From a virus, in the IMG/VR virus record IMGVR_UViG_3300032316_000329, positions 32,001 to 96,000 of that record: DNA of 64,000 bases; one strand, 5' to 3'. Positions 16,437-26,385 of this stretch are shown piece after piece. A model generated the notes under the pieces. The model saw only the letters and a program-made list of their open reading frames with translations, did not search any database and was not told the origin of the DNA. A program made the position numbers and the translations under genes. Position 1 is the first letter of the stretch. Each line of letters begins with the position of its first letter.

Positions 16437-18683
16437 ATGGCAGGCGGTTATAATAATTTAGGACCTGGTTCAGGTGGCATTAAAGTTGGTGTAGTTGGTG
16501 GTGGCCACGATGGTGACCCAGCAGAAGATCAATCCAGTAATCAAAAGATTTTAAACCCTCTATTACATGGTTCTGGTGTTAATAAAGACCATTTAATGAT
16601 GTCTGGTCTTAGTTTAAGTCCAAGTCAATTCGGTCAGCAATCGTTCCCAGGTGCTCTGGATCCAGGCACGGTAATTTATTATCTTGCCCAAGAAGGTATG
16701 AATGGTGGTATCATTCTTGGTATGGCCAACATGCTCAAAGACGGCGGGCAAGGTGGTGGTATTGGCGGATCAGCATTAGGCGGCCAAAACCTACAACAAC
16801 TTCGTCAAACCAAACTTAATATTAATACACCACCAAAAGTCCAAGAAACAACGGAACGCGGTGCCAAGGTAAAGAAGGCACAAGAAACAGGCGAACAGCA
16901 TAGTATTAGTTTATTAGATGGACTACCTATTCACGGTGCATTGTTTCAGATGGCAGGATTTAGACTGCCTGAAATGCCAAACATTCCGACTGCTAAACAA
17001 AAAGGCAGTCAGATGATGAATAAAGATATCTTGGAGAAGATGGGCGGCCAATTACAGTCTATGGGTGGAATGTTTCAAGGCCTTATGGGTAAAGGCGGTG
17101 GTAGTGCCAAGTCAAGTAACTTTGGTAACTTTGCTGGTAATAACGGTATAGGTGCTAATAATAAAACCTCAGGTTATATCGATGCCGGTGGTAATACAGT
17201 ATTCTTCAATGCTGATGGTAAATCTCTTAATGTAAAAATGAGTAAAGCAAATACCAGTAATGGTCCTGGCACAGTTGGTTGGGGTAATACTGGCAATAAT
17301 AGAATGGAAGCAATTTATAAGAAAGTTCCTCCTCATATTAAAAAGGCATTAAGAAGTTTAACCATACTCACACAGGGCGCGGTCGGCACCGGCCCGCTAG
17401 AGTTTATTCCAGGTAACATCGTTCATCCAAATACTTATATGAGAAATGCTGAAACTCTATTATCTCAGGTGGAGAACCTTGATGATCTTATGTCTACTTT
17501 ACAGAGATTGGAATATGATACATCTTTATTCGGTCAAGATAAATTAACACCAGTAGAAGTTACAATTGATACAGCATGGGGTGCTGCCAAAAGACAATAC
17601 TACTCAAATGGATTAGTAACGGTCACCTATTCTAAGACAGCACAGAATAACATTAATGCTTTTTCTAATTTAATGTCAAATACCGCATCTGCACCCGGAT
17701 TTACAAGTCTGCCTGCTGGTACAGTTGTAACTAATAGAACAATAACACTTCTAAAAATGGAAGAAACTGGTAATAATGTTAATACAGCAAACCTAAAAAT
17801 AGCAGTTTTTGATAGTCAAAATGCTAATGCCTTTTCTCGTTCAACTATTTCTTTTTATCAGTTGCCAACTATTTCAAGTTATTTCCAGGAAGTAATTATT
17901 CATAAGACAAATGGAAATCCTGATACATTCGTTCCTACAATGGATGAAACGATTACCGCTAATGGTAAGGTTGATAAGTTCGGAACCAAAATCAATTACA
18001 TTGTTGGTTCGGAAAAAATAACTGTTGGTACAACTGTCTTAGACAAAACAAAATACACCGCGATAGACGGTAAGACTTTCACTCTCAAAGAATTGCCAAA
18101 GAGAAATACTAAGATAAACTTTAAGGCAACTAAGAATGATTCGGTAACATATACTCTTAAGAATCCTTATGAACTATTCTCACTTGAAGTTTATTCTGGT
18201 AAAGGTGACATACCGAATTATACCAGATACTCGTTAGGACCAACACCTAAGGGTGCTGGTGACGATATTGTGTTAAATCTAGGTGTTGATTACATTGCCC
18301 CAGATCAAAACACTATTACAATCATTTCCGCTAATACATTCTATAAAAATACCGTATTTACAATCGTTGGCCAAAAGAAGAATGTTATATCAACCAGTGC
18401 CGGCACCGGTACAGGTGGTGGTTCTGGTGGTGGTTCTGGTGGTGGTTCTGGTGGTGGTTCTGGTGGCGGTGGTGGAATGGGTCAGAACATTATGGGCCAA
18501 ATGTTCGGCAAGAGTTCTGGTGTTATGAAAGAACTAATGCAAAGATTACCACAACAAGGTGAGAAAGAAAGTCAAAAGATGACACAAAAATTAAATCAAG
18601 GTATGGACGCACAGAAACTTATGGAAGTTGCAAAGAAAACGATTAATGGCGGCGATCCATTATCAAAAAACCTATTCTCTTAA
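16437..18683 (+). CDS. baseplate-associated structural protein
   Basis: between the hub and gp5-like genes; Gly/Met/Gln-rich termini around a beta-rich insert. Confidence 0.5.
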   Translation: MAGGYNNLGPGSGGIKVGVVGGGHDGDPAEDQSSNQKILNPLLHGSGVNKDHLMMSGLSLSPSQFGQQSFPGALDPGTVIYYLAQEGMNGGIILGMANMLKDGGQGGGIGGSALGGQNLQQLRQTKLNINTPPKVQETTERGAKVKKAQETGEQHSISLLDGLPIHGALFQMAGFRLPEMPNIPTAKQKGSQMMNKDILEKMGGQLQSMGGMFQGLMGKGGGSAKSSNFGNFAGNNGIGANNKTSGYIDAGGNTVFFNADGKSLNVKMSKANTSNGPGTVGWGNTGNNRMEAIYKKVPPHIKKALRSLTILTQGAVGTGPLEFIPGNIVHPNTYMRNAETLLSQVENLDDLMSTLQRLEYDTSLFGQDKLTPVEVTIDTAWGAAKRQYYSNGLVTVTYSKTAQNNINAFSNLMSNTASAPGFTSLPAGTVVTNRTITLLKMEETGNNVNTANLKIAVFDSQNANAFSRSTISFYQLPTISSYFQEVIIHKTNGNPDTFVPTMDETITANGKVDKFGTKINYIVGSEKITVGTTVLDKTKYTAIDGKTFTLKELPKRNTKINFKATKNDSVTYTLKNPYELFSLEVYSGKGDIPNYTRYSLGPTPKGAGDDIVLNLGVDYIAPDQNTITIISANTFYKNTVFTIVGQKKNVISTSAGTGTGGGSGGGSGGGSGGGSGGGGGMGQNIMGQMFGKSSGVMKELMQRLPQQGEKESQKMTQKLNQGMDAQKLMEVAKKTINGGDPLSKNLFS
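18414..18461 (+). repeat. 12-bp tandem repeat x4 (GGTGGTGGTTCT) encoding a GGGS linker
   Basis: read directly. Confidence 0.9.
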
Positions 18684-18694
18684 GGATGTAAGTT

Positions 18695-19705
18695 ATGGCA
18701 ATAAAGAATAAAAATCCAGGTAAACAAACACCAGATAAACATACGGTTGGAAAAGATTGGAGAGGTGAAGAAGGATCCGGAAAGTATCCTAACCAAATGG
18801 TTTATAAGTCACGATCTGGTCATTCAATGACCTTTGATGACTCACAGGGACATGAAACAGTAACAATTCAGCATCGTACCGGTTCGGCAATTCAGATGCG
18901 ACCGGATGGATCGGTTCATTTAACAGCACACAACTCCATGTATACCGTAGTGTTTGGTGAAAATCGTATGGTTGTTTCTGGTGCCCATGATATTACTGTT
19001 AAAGGTGATGCATCATTAAGAGTATATGGTGATCTAAACGAAACAGTGCATGGTAATTATAATCTAACAGTTATGGGTGATTATAATATGACTGCTAAGA
19101 ACCATAATAGACATATTCGTGGAAACATTGACACACAGGCCAAGAATGAAACCAAGAAACTAGAAGGATCATCAGCAAAACTTTGTCAGGGAGGTGTAGC
19201 TTGTGTTGCTAAAGGTCCTGTTTCTATGATATCTCAAAAAGGTGCAGCGAGTTTTGGTGGTGCTGAAGGTCTGAATCTGGCCGTTACAAAAAAAGGTAAA
19301 TTGACTCTTAGAAATGAAAGTGGTGAAATTACTGCATCTGCTAAACAAGGCGGTATACAAGTCCGTGGAGATGAATCTGTCATAGTTAGTTCATTAAATG
19401 GTAGTATTAATGCTAATGCTAAACAAAATATAGGTCTTAAAGCACAACAATCAGCTAAGTTAGAAGGACAAACTGCCGGACTTGTAGGTCAATCTGCTGC
19501 ACATGTTACAGCTGCTACAGTTCATGTTAAAGGCCAGGCTGCTACAAATGTTGATGGATCAAAAGTTAACCTTGCTGGCGGCTTGGCAATGCCTATGCCT
19601 GCTTTGGAAATAGCACAGGCTATCTTTGAGAGAATTGCTGGTGCCAAGGCAGATATGCCTCAGGAAGAACCTGATTTGACTAATGAAATTACGAAATATG
19701 CCTAG
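18695..19705 (+). CDS. gp5: gp5-like central spike (beta-helix), no lysozyme domain
   Basis: YPNQMVYKSRSGHSMTFDDS...IQHRTGS followed by VxGD/VxGN octad repeats. Confidence 0.75.
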   Translation: MAIKNKNPGKQTPDKHTVGKDWRGEEGSGKYPNQMVYKSRSGHSMTFDDSQGHETVTIQHRTGSAIQMRPDGSVHLTAHNSMYTVVFGENRMVVSGAHDITVKGDASLRVYGDLNETVHGNYNLTVMGDYNMTAKNHNRHIRGNIDTQAKNETKKLEGSSAKLCQGGVACVAKGPVSMISQKGAASFGGAEGLNLAVTKKGKLTLRNESGEITASAKQGGIQVRGDESVIVSSLNGSINANAKQNIGLKAQQSAKLEGQTAGLVGQSAAHVTAATVHVKGQAATNVDGSKVNLAGGLAMPMPALEIAQAIFERIAGAKADMPQEEPDLTNEITKYA

Positions 19706-19713
19706 ACTAAATA
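19706..19713 (+). promoter_or_regulatory. late promoter variant ACTAAATA
   Basis: intergenic, before gp25. Confidence 0.55.
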
Positions 19714-19738
19714 AAGGAAGTAATTTACAGGATCTAAA

Positions 19739-20143
19739 ATGGCAGACCCATACGTTAATCGTCAACCAGATTATAAAGACCTTGATCTAGATTTCTTCAA
19801 GCATCCAACAACTAAAGATGTTGTTAAGAAAGTTGGCGCCGATGCCATCAAAAGGTCGGTTCGTAATCTTGTTATGACTAACTTTTATGAAAGACCTTTT
19901 AATCCTATGTTGGGTTCTAATGTCCGAGGTTTATTATTTGAATTAACAACACCACTAACATCAGTCTATATTAAAGATTCTATTATTGATTTATTGGTGA
20001 ACCACGAACCAAGAATTAGATTACAAGATGTCAAAGTAAGAGATGATTCGGAAAATAATGGGTATAATATAACTTTAGAATATATTATTCTGAATAGAGA
20101 ATTGCCAGTTGTTACAACACTATTTTTAGAGAGGATTAGATAA
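19739..20143 (+). CDS. gp25: baseplate wedge subunit
   Basis: YKDLDLDF...AIKRSVRNLVMTNFYERPFNP...EPRI. Confidence 0.92.
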   Translation: MADPYVNRQPDYKDLDLDFFKHPTTKDVVKKVGADAIKRSVRNLVMTNFYERPFNPMLGSNVRGLLFELTTPLTSVYIKDSIIDLLVNHEPRIRLQDVKVRDDSENNGYNITLEYIILNRELPVVTTLFLERIR

Positions 20144-20146
20144 TAG

Positions 20147-22222
20147 ATGGCCTCCTCAAATACGGCTCTACAAGTTACAGGAATTGACTTTACCACAATT
20201 AAAAACAACCTAAAAACCTTTCTAAAATCACAGTCTGAATTTACTGATTATGATTTTGATGGTTCAGGTATGTCTGTATTGCTAGACCTATTAGCATATA
20301 ACACATACTACAATGGTTTCTATCTCAATATGGCAGCTAATGAGTCATTCCTTGATACTGCACAGGTCAGAAAGAATATTCTTTCCCTTGCAAAGACAAT
20401 TAATTATGTTCCGATGAGCGCCCAGGGATCTCTCTCAAAAGTTAATATTGTTGTAACACCAGGTGTATTAGACTCAAATACAACCGCAATCACCGTTAAT
20501 AAATATAGCACTCTGCTCGGTCGTGATAAAGATGGAATTAATTATCCTTTTGTTACAATAAATGCCAACACCGCATATCTTGCCAATGGTACATTCGTTC
20601 TACCTAATGTTTTTATTAAACAAGGTGAGGTCATTACACGCCAGTATATTATGACACCAGAAAATACCTCAAGGCGTTTTGAGATTCCGTCAGCAAATGT
20701 TGATGTGACTACTCTTGTTGTCACTGTTCAGGAATCCGCATCTAATACAAAAACGACTGAATATTTTCTTGCAGAAGATTTAACAGAGGTAAAAGCCAAC
20801 TCTAAAGTCTACTTCTTAGAAGAAAATGATAGACTCAATTATACAATTCAGTTTGGTGACAATGTTCTAGGTCAAAAACCTTCTAATGATAGTATTGTTA
20901 TTGCAACCTACCTTGATACGGTTGGTTCTATTGCTAATAATATTTCTCAATTTAATTTTACAGATAGTATTAGAGGAATTTCATCAGGTACTATTATTGT
21001 CAATACAGTTCAGACATCTTATGGTGGTACTGATAAAGAAACCTTGGAACAGATTAGATTCCGTGCGCCATATGCTTATACTGCACAGAATCGCGCCGTA
21101 ACCAAAAACGATTATGAATCACTGGTGGTTAGAGATTATAACAATATTGAGGCCGTTTCTGTTTGGGGTGGTGAAGAAAATGATCCTGTAGTTTATGGCA
21201 AAGTCTTTATGTCAATTAAGACAAAGGGATATTATGCTTTAACACAAATTGAACAGGATCAGATTAAAAATGATCTTATCAAGTCAAGAAATGTTATTAC
21301 TGTTATTCCTGAAATCGTAGAACCGGATTATGTTTATGTTCTACTCAGAGGCCGAATAACCTATAATGTCAATATCTCTACAAAAACAGAAGATCAACTG
21401 TTACAGATCATTAGACAAGCTATTATTAGTTACTCTGAAAATGAATTAAACACCTTTAAGTCAACATTCAGAATGTCACGATTACAGTATTATATTGATA
21501 GTGCCGATCCTTCCATTACAGGATCCGACATTACTGCATTCCTACAAAAGCAAGTTGATATCTTTCCTAACGAAACTCTAAATTATGATATTAAATTTAA
21601 TGCGCCGCTAACAAAAGGTGGATTAAGGGACAAACTATATTCATTCCCTGAAATGACTGTTCTCGATAGTAATGAAATTCAGCGCAAAGTTCTTATAGAA
21701 GAAACTCCACAGTCATTTAGTGGTATTGCTGCAATTGAAATAACCAATGCCGGTTCTGATTATACAGCAACACCAATAGTAACAATTACAGGCGATGGCC
21801 AAGGCGCCACAGCAGTTGCCAAAGTTGTTAATGGTAGAGTTATCGGTGCTGAAATAACCAATAGAGGTTATGAATATACTCAAGCTACAGTTGCTATTAC
21901 TGGCGGCGGTGGTTCTGGTGCTTCTGCCACAGCAACCGTTGATACAAGTTTTGGTAATTTAAGAACTTATTATTATAAAGATTCAGGCGAGAAAGTCATC
22001 GTTAATGGTAACATCGGAATGATTGACTATATAAATGGTAAGATTTACCTTGAGTCATTCTCAGCAATTAATGTTATTCCTAATACAACTTATGCTAACA
22101 ATGTCGTAACAATTAATGCTGTTCCAGAGGATGAAATTATTACACCATTAAGAAACCGTATTCTTACTATCGATCCTAACGACGCCAAGAGCATCATCAT
22201 AGAACTAGTTAAAGAAACATAA
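20147..22222 (+). CDS. gp6: baseplate wedge subunit
   Basis: DFxxIKNNLKxFL, DYDFDGSGMSVLLDLLAYNT, AQNRAVTKNDY, WGGEEN...YGKVF. Confidence 0.95.
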   Translation: MASSNTALQVTGIDFTTIKNNLKTFLKSQSEFTDYDFDGSGMSVLLDLLAYNTYYNGFYLNMAANESFLDTAQVRKNILSLAKTINYVPMSAQGSLSKVNIVVTPGVLDSNTTAITVNKYSTLLGRDKDGINYPFVTINANTAYLANGTFVLPNVFIKQGEVITRQYIMTPENTSRRFEIPSANVDVTTLVVTVQESASNTKTTEYFLAEDLTEVKANSKVYFLEENDRLNYTIQFGDNVLGQKPSNDSIVIATYLDTVGSIANNISQFNFTDSIRGISSGTIIVNTVQTSYGGTDKETLEQIRFRAPYAYTAQNRAVTKNDYESLVVRDYNNIEAVSVWGGEENDPVVYGKVFMSIKTKGYYALTQIEQDQIKNDLIKSRNVITVIPEIVEPDYVYVLLRGRITYNVNISTKTEDQLLQIIRQAIISYSENELNTFKSTFRMSRLQYYIDSADPSITGSDITAFLQKQVDIFPNETLNYDIKFNAPLTKGGLRDKLYSFPEMTVLDSNEIQRKVLIEETPQSFSGIAAIEITNAGSDYTATPIVTITGDGQGATAVAKVVNGRVIGAEITNRGYEYTQATVAITGGGGSGASATATVDTSFGNLRTYYYKDSGEKVIVNGNIGMIDYINGKIYLESFSAINVIPNTTYANNVVTINAVPEDEIITPLRNRILTIDPNDAKSIIIELVKET

Positions 22223-25200
22223 TGATTTCAAATAATAGAACCTCATTACTTGTATCTTCGCAACTTCCAGAGTTTGTAAGAAACGATCATCCTCAATTTG
22301 TTACATTTCTGGAAAAATATTATGAGTTTATGGAGCAAGAAACAGGCGCTACAAATCAGGCGAAGATTTTTAATGATAATCTTAACATTGATTTAGCCAA
22401 TGCTCAGTTTGAGAAAAAGTTATACGACAACTATCTAAAACTAATTCCTAAAGACATTATTGCCGATAAAAAGATTATTCTTAAGGCAGTAAAAGACTTT
22501 TATCGTTCTAGAGGGTCCGAAAAGTCTTTACGTTTTCTTCTTAATATTATTACACCTAAGATTTTCATTCCAACCTCTCAGAATACTAATATTATCAGAG
22601 TTAAAGGTGTTTATTATAATAATGTTGCTAATAGTTTGGCATTATCAACTTATGTTGGTAAGACTATTAGGGGTATTGATTCAGAAGCATCTGCTAACGT
22701 TCAATCTGTAAAATCTTACTTTGATAATGGTGTAAAGGTCAATGAGTTAATTGTTGTATCAGTTAATGGACGATTTGATCCTGGTGAGAATGTTGTTGCT
22801 TTCTATAGAGAAAATGGGTCTTATCAAAGAATTGAGTCAACATTATTTACCGGTGAAGTTGAGTCCATTGTTGTTAATGAAAGATTTCGTGGATCAGGTT
22901 ATAGAGTTAATACCTTTGTAAATATACAGAGTCCTTCTGGATCAAATGCTAATGCCTACATCAGTAAAGTCACGGTAGGTAATGTCAATAACATTGTTGT
23001 AACATTCTCTGGTGCTGGTTTTAAGACTGGTGATTTTCTATCATTTACAAGTGGTAGTGGATTGGGTGCTAATGCGTATGTTTTTATGGTTAGTGCTGAT
23101 AATAAGTATCATCCAAATTCTTATATGATGATTTCTTCGCGTATTAATGAAGAAGCAAATACCAGAATATCCAATACTAAGTATTCCAATCTTTCATCAA
23201 CAATTACCGATCCGGCCAATACAGCATTAATTAATGTTGCTAAGACATTTGCTTACTCTAATGTCGGCCCGGTGGAAATCGTTTATGTTGCTAATGGTGG
23301 TTCCCAATATGTTGAGTTACCAACCGTAGATATTTCATCTAATACGATTGCTAGAGCATTAGGTATTGCTGCCAGAATGGAAATCATTGATGGTGGTCTT
23401 AACTATGCGGTTGGCGATATCGTTCGCTTTATCAATGTTCTAGGTGGTTATGGATTTACTGCTAATGCCAATGTAACCTCGACTGCTGCTAATGGTATGA
23501 TCACAGAGGTTAAGTTTGTTCCTGTTGCTGGTGAGCATACGGGTGGTGCTGGTTGGGCCACAGGTTATTATCCAACATTGTCAGTTGATTCTTCAACAGG
23601 TAATGGTGCCAACATTATTCTAAGAACAACTCTCGCCGATGGTGAAGTTCTACAAATTTCCAATACTCTAATTGGTGCTATTGAGCAATTTACTATTGTT
23701 AATCCTGGTGAAAATTATCTAACAGTACCAACAATTGATCTAACAAATCAGGGTGATGGAACAGCCGAAGCAATTGCTACAGTTAGAAGTGGTGTTATTC
23801 AATGGCCAAGTCGTTTCGTTGCTAATGCCGGATTCTTTACTGCTGAAAGAGACGCCGAGGTTTATTATCCTAAGAATGATGTTCTTCGTGCCTCTGATGG
23901 TAAATGGTATGTTGAGAAAACTCTTAGAATTAAAAATACACAAATTAGTAATTCCTCAAACTCTCTTTATGAGGCTTTAGAAAAGTTTAAGAACACACTT
24001 GTTCGTGGTAGAACATCAAATGCCACTGCGGTCATTGAAAAAGTAAATCGTTTCTATGAAAGCACCACACTAGTTGATGAATTGGTTATTTCGTCTAAGA
24101 AAGGTGACTTTAGAAATGGCGAACAGATTTTCACATTCTTTACTGAAGAAGGTCAATCAAAATACATTTCTGCCGAATTATTTAATGGTGCCCTTAATAC
24201 GGTAAGAATTACTAATTCAGGTTCTCGTTATAACATTGGCGACATTGTTACTGTTACTAGTAATACCGGTGCCAATGCCAATGTTGTTATTAGTAAAGTT
24301 TCTGCTGGTAACATCAAATCAGTTGTTGTTATCTATAGTGGTGCTGGTTTCCAAGTAAATGATTACATTACATTTGCTTCATCTACAGGATCAAATGCTA
24401 ATGCTAAAGTTATTGCTGTTCTATCAAATGGAACAGTTCATCCTAATACTTATAATGTAGTCGGTACCACAATTGACTTTGAGGCCAATACAGTAATTGG
24501 TAACTCTAGATATGCCAACCTTTCTTCAAGCATTGGTGATCCTGCTAATGTGGCGATTAAGAACCTTATGTCGTTCTTTGCTTACTCTAATACAGGACCA
24601 GCACTCAGCATTTATGTTGTAGAACCTGGTCGTGATTATCTACCGCCAATTTCACCAAACATCAAAGCAAACACCAGAATTAATAACCTAGGAACTATTG
24701 GTAGAATAGAAGTTATTGATGGTGGTGAACTTTATCAAGCAAATGATAAGATTGTCTTTAAGAATGTTCCTGGTGGATATGGATATGGCGGCCGGGCCAA
24801 TGTAACTAATGTTGATATAACAGGTGCTATTACACAAGTAAGATTTGAGTATTACGGTTCTTCCGAGAAACCAGGTGGTGAAGGTTGGGAGATGGATTAT
24901 CTCCCAGTAGCAGATATTAATACCACTTATGGATTTGGTGCTAATGTAGTTATTAAGTGTATTCTAGGTGACGGTGAAGAATTACTTGTTTCTAATTCAT
25001 CTATTGGTGCTATTGAGGAACTATCAATTCTTAATAGAGGTGATGGTTATGTTACAGCACCTACACTAGACCTATCAAACATTGGTGATGGAACAGCACA
25101 GGCATCCGCCACAATTATTGAAGGTGCTTATTCTTATCCTGGTAGATACCTTAATGATGATGGACAGGTCAGTTCATCTAATTATCTACAAAATAAAGAC

Positions 25201-26346
25201 TACTATCAAAACTTCTCTTATGTTGTTAAATCAAAAGAATCAATTGATAATTACATCAAGCAGGTTAATGATACGGTTCATCCTTCTGGTACTAAAATAT
25301 TTGGTGAATACCTTTATGAAGATAGTGGAGAGATTGAGAGTTCCGATACAACTGTTTATGATGCTTCTATTATTACTTATTCACAGGCCGTTGGTGTTCT
25401 TGATAACATCTATGTAACAACTGCTGGTGCCTTATATAAGATTGGTGATCCTGCTGTTATCGTGAGTAATACTGGTGCTAATGGCATTGCCATAGTCTCA
25501 CAGGTTATTTCTGGAAATGTTAATAACATTACTGTAACATTCTCCGGTGCTGGATTCCAGGTTAATGATTATATTACATTTGCTAATACAGATGCTATTG
25601 CCAGAGTATCACAGGTTAATAGAACGGGATCTTACCATCCTAATTCTTATCCAATGTATTTCACAACAATTAATGTTGAGGCAAATACGCCAATTAATAA
25701 TACAACTTATGCTAATGCCAATTCAGCAGTATCCGATCCAGCTAATACGGCATTCCGGAATGTTATACCAACAACAACTTATTCTAATACTGGCCCGGCA
25801 ACCGTTATCGCCGTTCTATCGGCAGGCAATACAACAAATCTAATTCCTTCACTAGACATCAATTCTAATACATATGTTAGATCACTTGGTATCTTTGGTA
25901 GATTAGAAATTGATGCCGCCGGTCGCGGTTATGCTAATGGTGATGTTATTACACTAACAAATAAAGTTGGTAGTTATGGTTATGGCACCAATGCTTATAT
26001 TTCTAGTGTTAATGCCAATGGTGCTATTATTGCCGTTTATTTTGGAAATACTGCTGGAGAACATAGAGGTGGTGCTGGTTGGGATCAGAACAATCTACCA
26101 ACAGCAACTATTACCTCAGCAAATGGTACAGGTGCTATAATTACTCCTCGTGCTACACTTGGCGACGGTGAAATCTTGGCAATCTCCAATTCTAGTATCG
26201 GCGGTATTCAGAAAATTACTATCCTTAATAGAGGTGATGGTTACATTACAGCACCATCAATTGATTTAACTGGCAGCGGTAATGGCCTCGCCAATGCTTA
26301 TGCTACAATTATTACGAATATTGAAGAAATAGAAGATGTTGTATAA
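22222..26346 (+). CDS. gp7: baseplate wedge initiator with internal triplication
   Basis: SQLPEFV, FYRSRGSEKS, YPKNDVLRASDGKW, YYQNFSYVVKS, HPSGTKIFGE. Confidence 0.85.
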   Translation: MISNNRTSLLVSSQLPEFVRNDHPQFVTFLEKYYEFMEQETGATNQAKIFNDNLNIDLANAQFEKKLYDNYLKLIPKDIIADKKIILKAVKDFYRSRGSEKSLRFLLNIITPKIFIPTSQNTNIIRVKGVYYNNVANSLALSTYVGKTIRGIDSEASANVQSVKSYFDNGVKVNELIVVSVNGRFDPGENVVAFYRENGSYQRIESTLFTGEVESIVVNERFRGSGYRVNTFVNIQSPSGSNANAYISKVTVGNVNNIVVTFSGAGFKTGDFLSFTSGSGLGANAYVFMVSADNKYHPNSYMMISSRINEEANTRISNTKYSNLSSTITDPANTALINVAKTFAYSNVGPVEIVYVANGGSQYVELPTVDISSNTIARALGIAARMEIIDGGLNYAVGDIVRFINVLGGYGFTANANVTSTAANGMITEVKFVPVAGEHTGGAGWATGYYPTLSVDSSTGNGANIILRTTLADGEVLQISNTLIGAIEQFTIVNPGENYLTVPTIDLTNQGDGTAEAIATVRSGVIQWPSRFVANAGFFTAERDAEVYYPKNDVLRASDGKWYVEKTLRIKNTQISNSSNSLYEALEKFKNTLVRGRTSNATAVIEKVNRFYESTTLVDELVISSKKGDFRNGEQIFTFFTEEGQSKYISAELFNGALNTVRITNSGSRYNIGDIVTVTSNTGANANVVISKVSAGNIKSVVVIYSGAGFQVNDYITFASSTGSNANAKVIAVLSNGTVHPNTYNVVGTTIDFEANTVIGNSRYANLSSSIGDPANVAIKNLMSFFAYSNTGPALSIYVVEPGRDYLPPISPNIKANTRINNLGTIGRIEVIDGGELYQANDKIVFKNVPGGYGYGGRANVTNVDITGAITQVRFEYYGSSEKPGGEGWEMDYLPVADINTTYGFGANVVIKCILGDGEELLVSNSSIGAIEELSILNRGDGYVTAPTLDLSNIGDGTAQASATIIEGAYSYPGRYLNDDGQVSSSNYLQNKDYYQNFSYVVKSKESIDNYIKQVNDTVHPSGTKIFGEYLYEDSGEIESSDTTVYDASIITYSQAVGVLDNIYVTTAGALYKIGDPAVIVSNTGANGIAIVSQVISGNVNNITVTFSGAGFQVNDYITFANTDAIARVSQVNRTGSYHPNSYPMYFTTINVEANTPINNTTYANANSAVSDPANTAFRNVIPTTTYSNTGPATVIAVLSAGNTTNLIPSLDINSNTYVRSLGIFGRLEIDAAGRGYANGDVITLTNKVGSYGYGTNAYISSVNANGAIIAVYFGNTAGEHRGGAGWDQNNLPTATITSANGTGAIITPRATLGDGEILAISNSSIGGIQKITILNRGDGYITAPSIDLTGSGNGLANAYATIITNIEEIEDVV

Positions 26347-26352
26347 AATTGT

Positions 26353-26360
26353 TATAAATA
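26353..26360 (+). promoter_or_regulatory. T4 late promoter TATAAATA
   Basis: exact T4 consensus, intergenic before gp8. Confidence 0.75.
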
Positions 26361-26385
26361 CCATAAATTATTATAAAGGGTAAAA

